A stretch of 63,864 bases of DNA, the filler included, from Octopus bimaculoides (Eukaryota), in NCBI RefSeq assembly GCF_001194135.2. It is 4 parts of 4 records of this genome, joined end to end, with 100 filler letters (N's around TTAATTAATTAA, not from the genome) between each part and the next. Parts side by side here need not be neighbours in the genome. Positions count along the whole stretch, not along the records: positions 46,107 to 63,864 come from NC_069004.1; 3 more parts are not named here. One strand, written 5' to 3'. The translations under genes were made by a program, and so were the position numbers. The notes below the pieces were generated by a model, which was given only the letters and a program-made list of their open reading frames with translations, was not told the origin of the DNA and ran no database searches. Below, piece after piece: positions 52,481-63,864 of the stretch; the first letter of the stretch is position 1, and every line of letters begins with the position of its first letter.

Positions 52481-54625
52481 GATAACAGCTCTCCCTCTGA
52501 TTGAGATGCCAGTTTTTTTTGGGGGGTGGGGTTGTCGCCGGGTCTCTGTTTTGCAACTGGGTGAACTGGAACAACATAAAATGAAATATTTTGCACCGGA
52601 ACACATCGTACCTCGCTGTCCGGGTATCGAAATCGAAACCTCGATCTTTCAATCGTGATCCAAACACCCTAGCTACCAAGTCACTTGCCACTCACACACC
52701 CGGCACGTAAATGGGTTAACACGAAAGCTAACAACTAAGTAATAGTACATTAGTATCAAATATATTGATTATAGACCTTGTCGGTATAAAATTTGCTCTA
52801 ATCTGAATCTAGCAAAACAAAAATTAAGAAAAAAACACAAAAACAAAAGCGGAACACCGTATTGAATGTACCATTGATGAAAGGATCGATCGTATATATG
52901 CTAAATGATAGATGAATGAGAGGAGAATGTATAGAATGGTATTTCGGTTTTCCTGACTCCAGTCCTCTCATTTTCTTGAAAGCAATCACATTCAAAGAAA
53001 TAGAATCTGTGACAAGCTACCATTGTCTTTCTGACATTCCGTTACTCTAACAAAGCCTGGAGGTGTATCGATTAGTGTTTTGATTATTTTTCTTTAGTGT
53101 GCAGTATATCCAACTTACTATATAACGTTACTGAATTTTTATAATATGCTTTTTAAAGCACATTTTCCGTTGTAACGGTGGCGAAGTTGCAGAACCGTTA
53201 AAACGTCGGACAGAATGGTTCGTAGTGTTCGTTGCGATACTCTTTGCACTGAGTTCAAATCCTGCCGAGGTCAACTTTGCTTTTCATCTTTTCGAAGTCG
53301 ACAAAATAAAGATATCTATCCAAGACGGTTGACTGACGGAATTACAAAGACATCTGATATGACACCTCACGGTATTTGCTCCGGCTCTTTGCATTCTGAG
53401 TTCAGATCCCACTATATCCAACTCCTATCCTTGGCTTAACTTACCAGCAGACTTAACAACACCAGCTTTCGCCCTGGGTCACTTAAATGGAGTCGACTCT
53501 GTTGCAAGTATTCTGGCTAGGCTTCCGGTTTCAGGACAACCTCCTGCCTCCTTCTCACATGTGTTGGAGGCCCTGTAAAAGAGTCATGGGTAATACCTCT
53601 CCTCCTGACTTGAATTGCTTGTTTGCTTGCTTACTTGATGAGGCTGGGGTCATCATGCATAGACCCGACCGGGTCCACCAGTGCTTTCTCAATCGCTACC
53701 CCCACCACTGACTAAAAGTTAAAATGAAATAATAAAATATTATAAAATTATATTTTATTGTCTTTCTTTAATGACTTTATCAGAGTTTTCAGAATCACCA
53801 TTTCTTTCCTTTTCCTTTCTTTCTTTTTCTTTCGCCAAGAGTAGTATCATATATCAAGAATATCAAGAACGGTATTATATTTAATCTGGATCAGATAAAG
53901 ATGTGTATTTAAAATTAACAACTCAAGCAATATCGATTTTTTTTTCTCCTGAGCATAAATAACTATAAATAAAAATGTAAAAATATCACGTGACCTAAAG
54001 CTATAGACAAAAAACAAAGAAAGAAAACAATACAGTAATTCGTATGTCTGCATATATTGAGATTACAAGCAGACAGACGTGTCACAACATTTGTTGTTGT
54101 TGTTTTTGTGGTTGATGTTGATGGTGGTGGTGGTGGTGGTGGTGGCAGCGCCAGCGGTGGTGGTGGTAATGGTGATGACAAAGATGGTGGTGGTGATGGT
54201 GATAGCATTTGCGGTGGTTGTGATCTGGTGATGTTGATGCTTTTGGTGAGTAGTTGGTGGAGCCGGGGCTGTTGTTACAGATGCTGCTGGTGGTGNNNNN
54301 NNNNNTGGTGGTGGTGGTGGTGGTGGTGGTGGTGGTTGCAGTAGTGGTTGTTGCAGTAGCGGTGGTTAGTGGGAGGGAAATCAGTAGTGGTGATGTTTAA
54401 CCACAAGTTATCTCTGAGTCAACAGACCTCTGATCAAAGACATTCCATCCGTGAACTCTCCGTCTTTTTATAGCTATGACCTCAACAACATTATCCAACA
54501 TGTCATTTATTTAAGACTTCCGTCTGAGTGTTTTAAGAAAGATTTGGCTGCTTCTTCCAGAAGATCGAGTGACCCCATAGATGGTATCCCTGGCTGGTTT
54601 TCCGAAGCTATAATTACCTTTAATT

Positions 54626-54828
54626 AAGGTGATGAACTGGCAGAATTGTTAGCACGCCGGACAAAAATACTTAACAACATTTCTTCCGCTTTTGCGTTCT
54701 AAGTTCGAATTCCACTGATTTCTATTTTGCCTTTCAACATTTCAGGGTCGATAAAATAATTACCAGTTAGATATTGGGGTCGATTACATCGACCTAACCC
54801 CTCCCCCTAAATTGCTGGTCCTGTGCCA

Positions 54829-54830
<2 letters not shown>
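54626..54830 (+). mobile_element. SINE B (degenerate)
   Basis: aaggtgatgaactggcagaattgttagcacgccgg...ggggtcgattacatcgac. Confidence 0.75.
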
Positions 54831-54861
<31 letters not shown>

Positions 54862-55035
54862 GACTGAGAGAGCAGTACATACCATCAAAGTGATACTGGG
54901 GTACAAACATACGAAGCCCAGAATACCCATCGTGACTACCCGTCTGAGAAGGGTACACCAGGCACATGCATCACAACCATGTGTGCGCTACATGGTGTTC
55001 TCATATCAAGACAAACAGCGTATGACCTTTATCGG
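54830..55035 (-). mobile_element. Retroposon 3' end with (AAT)n tail
   Basis: Reverse complement ...cactttgatggtatgtactgctctctcagtcaataataataat. Confidence 0.5.
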
Positions 55036-55879
55036 TGACAGGAGCAAAAACTAATCAAAATTCCACGATGATTATTGCCTTTACCTGAAATCCTTTCCGG
55101 GGTGAATAAAATAAATACCAGTTATACACTGGGGACGATGTAATCGACTTACTCTCCCGCCAAATTTCAAGCTTCGTCCCTATAAGTGAAAAGAATTATT
55201 ACCCTTAATTGTTCTAGACATTCTTTTAATGTTATTAGCGACTGCTGATATTTCGTTATTTTGATGCTAAATTCAGATACTAATACCATTGACCATCTTC
55301 AGCTTTGTTACATAATGTCCCAATGTTATTACCATGAATAGGTCTTTTATCATGTTTTGATATTTTATTCTGATGCTAAATCTGTTTACTAGACTTAATT
55401 CTGGTTGGCATTGTTCTTGGCAACTCTTACGTAGTTTAAGAAATTTTAATAACTTGGGAATAAGTAAGCAAAACATTTAAATACGCGTGTTCTATAATTC
55501 CTCAATTTCAAATTCCAACTTCTAATCCTGCCAAATTATGCGATCAGATGATCGACCAGACTCTCGGATGCTGTTATACATAGCTGGTTACGACCATACG
55601 TGCACTTAACATCGTTTTCGGGGTTACGCAGGGTCACTCATTGAGTGGACTGGAGTAAGGTGAAATGAAGTGTTTTGCTCAAGAACTCAACACGCAGTCC
55701 GTCTGGAGATGATCGAAACAACGAAGACTGCAACATGCCTAACCGCTAGGTTACTCGCCTTCACAATCCTAGAAGAAATTATTATATAATATGGAAGAAA
55801 TTATATATGGAAGAAATTATTATATATTTTGTGATAACTGTCCGCTAGAAGACAATAAGTCCTTCTGATTTTAAGACAG

Positions 55880-56290
55880 CTGAATGTGATTTGAGTGATG
55901 TTTGACTGTTCTTTCTGTAATATTAAGCGATGACGTAAAGGTTCGTATGTTGTTATTTAGGTTTTGCCCACATGTCTCAGTCAAGCTGTGAGTTTTATTC
56001 CAGAACTTAGCGATCAAAATATTCCATCTAGACGTCAGCAAATAGATGTTAGCACTTATCGGTGATAATGGAGAACCCATAGCTATTCCTTTCAGTGATG
56101 TTACATCTCAGACTAAACCGTTCTTTTACCAAGCGTAAACATTTCTATTGCATAACACCTGGTTGCATTCTATTTTGTTTCTTCTAAAACTTTGGTCTGC
56201 TTCCAGTCTGATTATTATGATAATCAATAGAACTTAATCAGTTCGAACAATAGAGAACACTCTGATCACATCATAGTTTATCATTTTTGG
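55880..56290 (-). mobile_element. Penelope-like reverse transcriptase relic
   Basis: GIAMGSPLSPISANIY matches the PLE GxAMGSPLSPxxANxY motif. Confidence 0.7.
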
Positions 56291-57743
56291 CAACACATTA
56301 ACAGTAAATATTTTGCTAGAGGCTGAAATGCTTTTACATCGTAATGTTTCATAATGTATGAAAACTAATCTACTAATAAAAGATTTAGAAAGAAATTATG
56401 AAGAACATAAAAGGTTTTTTGTTTTATTTTCATTTTCTATTCATTTTTGTGTTTTCTTTTTCTTATTGAAAGAGTAGTGTAAGTAACATATAGACAAAGT
56501 TACGAGTATCCAACGTGTAATTTCGGTTATTTATGTAATGGAAATCAGTTCACCTTTAGGAATATATTTATATATATTATGTGTTTATATATTATAGAAA
56601 ATGTATGCCAGTTACGTAGAAAAATTATAAACAGCGAAATAACTTTAATGGAGACAAATGTAATTTAGCTACGTGATAAGAAAATTTTAACGATTTCGGT
56701 TTTTTCTTTTTCTTTTTAATGTGTAAAATTATATTTGAACTTAATTCTGATGTTGTCTCGGTATGAGAAATAATATAATTTAAAATATCTCAGAAGAACT
56801 TCGTGATTTTTGCTGCTTATTCGAAATAAAAGGCAAGGAGCGTCGACGTGGTCATCAAAACGGCTAGAAATAGTAGCGAATTCTTCAAATCAAAATTATT
56901 ATCTAAGAAGGAAATAATACATTAGCTTCACTCTTGTATTTGATATGTAAGATTCTTGATATGAATTCATGTGTTGAAACAGATATTCTTGTATGACTGG
57001 AGAGTCGTTATGCCAATAATAATAAACACACGCACTGGTTCGATTTTAGTTCTCTATTCGAATAATAAAGAAATGAAATTGAACAAGTGAGACTATTTAT
57101 TATTTTCATAATAACCTTCCCAGGATGCCACTACGTATATTCGTTCCTATAGTCATTCACAGCTTTTAAAAAAGACATCATAACCAGGGTTGGGTTACTT
57201 TTCCTTGTAGGTCTGGTTGATCAAGGCCTACCTAGGGTTAAACAGCTACACCAACAACAATGAAAACGACGACGTTAGCTTGAAATATAACACTAAGGAT
57301 TTCTAACATCGGTGTAAAGCTCCTTATTTGAGGGGAGGGGCAAAGCATTATGTGCCAACCAACTCCCAGTCGATTATTAGAGCGACACCGGCGGAAGTTG
57401 AGCATAAAAGGGGCGTAATCGAATACCGCAAGGCACTCATGCGCTTGGAAGTTGTTTGTTTCTTTTAGCTTTCGATATTTTGTCGAAATTGGTGAGTGTG
57501 ATGGGTCGGAGTGTGGAGGGGTGGGCATGGAATTCTTAAATGATTGAAAGTTCATTCTTAGATTCGGCATTAGGATTGGAAAGATTTTGACATTTAAAAA
57601 ACTTATTAGTGTTTTGAGGCATAGAACCACATCACGCATGCGCACGCACACATATAGCTACATGCTTTATCTGTACATATACATATATACGCATACAAAC
57701 ACGTAAGAATACATACAAATACACTCATGAGAACGCATGCACG

Positions 57744-57780
<37 letters not shown>

Positions 57781-58479
57781 AAGCAAACACTGGTGCTCAT
57801 ATACATTCAGACAGGTACGAAAGCATTTACCAGCATATACAGATATAGGTTTACATATATATATATATATATACACGTGCATACACATTCATAACAGACG
57901 TATACATGCAAGAAAGACTGAAAAAGCAACCCTCACAAATACACATATACACTCGAACGCACGCAGACCCACAAACACACAGATAAACTTACGCACATCC
58001 ACGTCCATAACTAAATCATGCACGTACACATACACACAAATACAAACTCATACTTACACACATACACTTAATGACTTACAAACAATGAGATAAGCATACA
58101 TACACATTTATACACATAAGATACACAGACGCAGTTTCACAAATACATGCATGCAACACAAACACACACATACATATACAAATCACTAAGAAAACACTAT
58201 GATATAAGATTACATACACTAACACACACACATTTTACGTATTCTTTGTGAGCCTAGTACTTATTCTATCGTTTTTTTTTTACCGAACCGCTAAGTTACG
58301 GAGACGTAAACACACGAACATCAATTGTCAAATTGTCAAACGATGGTGGGGGACAAACACAAGCACACAAACATACAAATACATACATACATACATACAT
58401 ATATATGTGTGTGTTTGTGCGTGTGTGTGTGTGTGTGTGTGTATGCGTATGTGTGCGTATGTGTATGTGTGCGTCTGTG

Positions 58480-58695
58480 TGTGACTGTTTCTTTGTTTCT
58501 GTATTTGCCTCCATCACCACTTCACAACCGGTGTTGGTGTGTTTACGTACCCCCACTGGTTTTGCTTAATGGTTCGGCAAAAGAGTTCGATAAATTAAGT
58601 ACTAGGCTTCCAAAGAATAAGTCTTGGGGTCGATTTCTTCGACCAAAAGGCGGTGCTCCAGCACGGCCGCAGTCAAACGACTGAAACAAATAAAA
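58480..58695 (+). mobile_element. SINE A module C without head
   Basis: ggtgttggtgtgtttacgt...ggttcggcaaaagag...ggggtcgatttc...ggcggtgctccagca; similar pieces at about 11130, 17640, 58245(-), 60060(-), 62040 and 63500(-). Confidence 0.8.
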
Positions 58696-59287
58696 GAATA
58701 TACAGATAAATACACACACACACAAAAATACACACACACGCGCAAAAATACATACACACACACACAGAAATATGCGCACACAAACTCAAATTCTTAACAC
58801 ACAAAAAACCTGCTCACACATACATACATACATACATACATACACAAATAGACATATACATATACTCGCACACACGCGCGCACGCGCGCACACACATACA
58901 GTAATACACATGCGCTCATGAATATACATATACACAGACCCAATGAGAAATACACTCTTAAACACCCATGCGCTCACGTGTACACAAACATAGATAGAAA
59001 AACACAAACATTAAACAATCGCCCACACGACACACACACACATACACACACATACACATGCACATACACACACGCTCGCACACGCGCAACTATTTAATAA
59101 CATGAAAACATAAACGCACCGAGAATTATTAAACTCACAACAAACTTGAAAGCCCTCAAGCAATACTCAGCAATTTTCGTGTCTCTTTCCCCAACTAGCA
59201 TTTCATCAGCTTCCTTTCTTAACATACATTATAAATATATACACACACATGTATATATGTATATATATATATATATANNNNNNNNNN

Positions 59288-59345
<58 letters not shown>

Positions 59346-59708
59346 GTATGTATGTATGTGTATATGGCAGAACACACTCTGTAGTCACCTTCGGGTTACG
59401 TTTCGTATATTTCAAGATGCGTTGCATTGTTATCTTAAGTTACTGGATGCCAATGACAACGCTTGATTGTCCCTAGAAAAACACTTGTGAATAGAAAATT
59501 TTCAACTGAAACTCTACAATACATTAATAATTTCTGAAAAGCTACCACTTGCATACAGATTTCTAAATAATTAACGATAAACTGCATGAACTTAAGCCAA
59601 AATGGCGATTCGTTGTCAGGAAAAATGGATTGTTATTTCAACTACTTAGTGATAACTAGAGAATGTCGTTGAAAAATGTTTCGGCGCGCTTCTTGTATAA
59701 GCGTGTGA

Positions 59709-59755
<47 letters not shown>

Positions 59756-59772
59756 GGTGAGTGTATTGTGTG

Positions 59773-60033
59773 ATGAGGCGGCGAGCTGCCAGAAACGTTA
59801 GCACACCGGGCAAAATGCTTAGCGGCATTCCATCCGTCTATACATTCTGAGTTCAAATTTCGCTGAGGTCGACTTTGCCTTTCAACCTTTCGGGGTCGAT
59901 AAATTAAGTACCAGTTACGCACTGGGGTCGATGTAATCGACTTAATCCTTTTCTCTGTCCATGTTTGTCCCCTCTATGTTTAGCCCCTTGTGGGCAATAA
60001 AGAAATAAGAAACGTTAGGACGCCGGGCGAAAT
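59773..60033 (+). mobile_element. SINE B with an alternative LINE-like tail, followed by a restart of the head sequence
   Basis: Tail gtcccctctatgtttagccccttgtgggcaataaagaaat, then agaaacgttaggacgccgggcgaaat. Confidence 0.85.
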
Positions 60034-60229
60034 ATATATATATTCTTTTATTTGTTCTCTTCTAAGCCTAGTACTTATCCTATCGGTCTCTTTCGCCGAA
60101 TCGCTAAGTTACGGGGACGTAAACACACCAACATCGGCTTGAAATGTTTTAGCCGAATGACTATATTCCGGTATTTTTATCTTTATCTTTTTTAAGTGTC
60201 TGACACATTTGTTCCAGGAGTCAGTTTTG

Positions 60230-60440
60230 CGGAACTTGTTACGGTAAACAAACTAACATCGGTTTTCAAGCGGTGGTGGAGGGCAAATACAGACACAAAG
60301 AGACACACACACATACAGTTTCCGTCTACCAAATCCACTCACAAGGCTATAGTAGAAAAGATACTCGCCCAAGGTCCCACGCAGGGGGATTGAACCCGTA
60401 ATCGTGTGGTTTGGACGCAAGCTTCTTACCACACTGCCAC
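60230..60440 (-). mobile_element. SINE A (deleted)
   Basis: ccgtctaccaaatccactcacaaggct...cccaaggtcccacgcaggggg-attgaacc. Confidence 0.7.
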
Positions 60441-60529
60441 GCGTTCACCTAGATATATAATATATATGTATATATATATACATACACTTATACACACATA
60501 CACACGTCTGTGTATGCACGCACACACAA

Positions 60530-60578
<49 letters not shown>

Positions 60579-61468
60579 NNNNNNNNNNNNNNNNNNNNNN
60601 NNNNNNNNNNNNNNNNNNNNNNNNNNNNNNNNNNNNNNNNNNNNNNNNNNNNNNNNNNNNNNNNNNNNNNNNNNNNNNNNNNNNNNNNNNNNNNNNNNNN
60701 NNNNNNNNNNNNNNNNNNNNNNNNNNNNNNNNNNNNNNNNNNNNNNNNNNNNNNNNNNNNNNNNNNNNNNNNNNNNNNNNNNNNNNNNNNNNNNNNNNNN
60801 NNNNNNNNNNNNNNNNNNNNNNNNNNNNNNNNNNNNNNNNNNNNNNNNNNNNNNNNNNNNNNNNNNNNNNNNNNNNNNNNNNNNNNNNNNNNNNNNNNNN
60901 NNNNNNNNNNNNNNNNNNNNNNNNNNNNNNNNNNNNNNNNNNNNNNNNNNNNNNNNNNNNNNNNNNNNNNNNNNNNNNNNNNNNNNNNNNNNNNNNNNNN
61001 NNNNNNNNNNNNNNNNNNNNNNNNNNNNNNNNNNNNNNNNNNNNNNNNNNNNNNNNNNNNNNNNNNNNNNNNNNNNNNNNNNNNNNNNNNNNNNNNNNNN
61101 NNNNNNNNNNNNNNNNNNNNNNNNNNNNNNNNNNNNNNNNNNNNNNNNNNNNNNNNNNNNNNNNNNNNNNNNNNNNNNNNNNNNNNNNNNNNNNNNNNNN
61201 NNNNNNNNNNNNNNNNNNNNNNNNNNNNNNNNNNNNNNNNNNNNNNNNNNNNNNNNNNNNNNNNNNNNNNNNNNNNNNNNNNNNNNNNNNNNNNNNNNNN
61301 NNNNNNNNNNNNNNNNNNNNNNNNNNNNNNNNNNNNNNNNNNCATCATCATCACCACCACCATCATCATTACCGTCATCACCAGCGTCATTATCAGCAGC
61401 AGCATCACTCACCTTCATCATCATCATCTCTTTCTTCTCACTATTATTACTATTATTGTTGTTGTTGC

Positions 61469-61520
<52 letters not shown>

Positions 61521-62239
61521 GGTGGTGGTGGTGGTGTTTGTGGTCTTCGATTTTTTATTCACCTACTTCCTCCTCTTCTTCTCGTCCTCTTACTCTTACG
61601 CCTCCTCAGAAAAGAAACAGACAAATGCAATTTAACTGCAAATATATCTAAATACGTGTCTGGATATCGCCCTTTGTAGTAAGGGAGTCACCGTTAAACA
61701 TGGAAGAATATCAATATCAAAGGATACAACTATTATAATCTTTGTGGCGTTTCATGTTCTCTATATTTGAAGCAACAAAATTAAGGAGTTTCTGAGATGT
61801 TTTCATATCTAAAATGGCGCTCAGAATTCGGAGGGAGAATCACTTTAAACCAGACCTGGCCAACTCGAATTACACTGTGGGCCAATTTAATCACAGATAA
61901 TTTTTTGAGGGCTGCTTGTATGCTGACAGAATTGAAAGCATTTTGCTGAATGAATGATCGTTGATTCAAAATGAAATATTTTCGTTGCAAAGACAGTAGT
62001 ATCTCTCTTATTTACCCAGCCGCCAGCGCTTATCATCTGGTATTAGTTTGTTTTATGTTCCTGTAGTATAACAGCTCGGCAAATGAGACCGATAGAGTAA
62101 GTATCAGAAATTTGAAAAAAGCATTAGTACTGATGTTGATTTCTTCGACTATAATCCTTCTAAGCGCTACCCCAGCATGAGTGCAGCCCAGTAGCGGAAA
62201 CAAGGAAATGATAAAAGATAAAGACTCCTTAATATGTAT

Positions 62240-62690
62240 ATATTCTCTATCAATAGCATTTTCACACTGCTAAAGAGGGTGCCTGACATATAACCCCTCA
62301 AAAGACTGTTTTACGGCGAATTGGGGTAAATCAACCGCATGCAAATTGGACACAAAACGCGATTCAAGGATACACCCAAAGCTTTACTCACTGAAGAGCG
62401 TTGAGATCAACACCTGGGAAACGCAAGCACAACACCGAACTGCCTGGCAAAGATAGACCAACAGAGGTACCACCTCCTACAAACAGAACAGGATTGCAAA
62501 GTACAAAGGGGTACAAAGTGAAGCCGAACTACGCAAGTCTGAAGCCAACTCTTAGCCTTCAGTCCCAACAGACCATCAGTGCCTGATGCAGCAGAGCCAT
62601 TCCAGCATGCCCCATAGTCGGACTCACCGCGCCCCGGCTTCTATTTGATGCTTTGGTCATCGTCAACGACACACGAACTAATACTAGCAG
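62240..62690 (+). mobile_element. RTE-clade LINE 3' relic
   Basis: PDI.LPKRLFYGELG..RFKDT.KA, NTWETQAQHRTAW, terminal zinc-finger region, tail ttggtcatcgtcaacgacacacgaac. Confidence 0.85.
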
Positions 62691-62823
62691 CATCTCACAC
62701 CCAAAACCCTTCAACGCACTGCTAGCACACCTTCCACATCGCTCTCGCCTTTCCTTTCACCTCATTCTCGCGCCCGTTCCTAGCGCCTCACTTCCATGCT
62801 TTCCTTGAACACAATCAAAACGG

Positions 62824-62870
<47 letters not shown>

Positions 62871-62938
62871 TATTGTTGTTGCTGCAGTAGCAGCAGCAGC
62901 AGGACCACCAGCAGCAGCAGGACCAGCAGCAGTAGCAT

Positions 62939-63005
<67 letters not shown>

Positions 63006-63784
63006 TGAACGCTCGAGTTTTAGTCTCCGTTTGAACTAACTGCAAAATGGATGACGATTGCTAACATCGCTCCCGAAAACGGAGACGCGGTGACTGAATT
63101 ATCCATAACTGACTATTTCTATTAACATTAAGGTATTAGGATTTTGTTGTAATTTTATCAATTAACACGACAGACGAGAAATGATTAAGTCTGAACAAGA
63201 ATCCTGCATATTAACGTGCCAGAAGCGATTATAAAGTCGATCATTTTTCGCACTTGAGTTCTTTGAGTGTTCTTGACCGTTTCAAATATTTGCATGAATT
63301 TTGTAGAATTTATCAATTAAATTTTCAATCGTGTTTGCAGAATTCCATTAATTAAAAAATATCCTTATTGAAATACGAAACTAAACGATGCAAAATTTTA
63401 AGAAATATGATTAAAGAAATATGAGATTGATTTCATTAGTTTTCTGTTAAAGAAACTAAATGTGAATCATTAACAGGTTTTCAATCTTTAATCTTTTATC
63501 TTTTATCTTTTAATTGTTTCAGTTGTTAGACTGCGGCCATGCTGGGGCACCGCCTTGAGGAATTTTAGTCGAATGAATCGACCCCAGGATTTCTTTTCTT
63601 TTTAAAATCGCTACTTATTCTGTCGGTCTCATTTGCCGAACAGCTAGGTTACGTGGACGTAAAGACACCAACGTCGGTTGTCAAGCAGTGGTAGGGAACA
63701 AACGCACACTCATTCACATAAACAAACACACACACAGAGATACATATATATATATATAAGTTGGCAATATGACCATCCCCAAGT

Positions 63785-63822
<38 letters not shown>

Positions 63823-63864
63823 ACACACACACACACACGCACACACATATATATATATATATAT

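Noticed and set aside
55391-55462. Phase-2 candidate exon LNSGWHCSWQLLRSLRNFNNLGI
   Set aside because: Weak acceptor and no convincing similarity to a SEA-like domain

Overview
This is an AT-rich, gappy eukaryotic scaffold segment with dense microsatellites and repeats. It looks like an octopod cephalopod genome (inferred from its tRNA/CORE-type SINE families and microsatellite load). Nearly all ORF-track entries are translations of microsatellites, gaps or transposon relics. Four splice-compatible + strand exons are hidden among the repeats (13384-13524, 16989-17141, 23433-23573, 31149-31245). They join into one open ~177-aa acidic segment with dibasic sites, tentatively the luminal pro-region of an IA-2/PTPRN-family protein. 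No convincing start exon or downstream exon was found. The rest is a layered mobilome: several modular SINE families; at least five relics of R4/Dong-like LINEs with restriction-like endonuclease, two of them embedded in (TAA)n; L1/Tx1-like, RTE, Penelope and Helitron relics; mariner, Tc1 and Chapaev3-like DNA transposons; and palindromic MITEs. Most notable: (1) three copies of a minimal hammerhead-ribozyme-like motif with a variant core; (2) microsatellite-targeted LINE insertion; (3) a LINE-SINE shared tail with apparent insertion into SINE heads; (4) a verifiable LINE<Tc1<SINE nesting. All family assignments come from remembered motifs, not database searches, and repeat boundaries are approximate.
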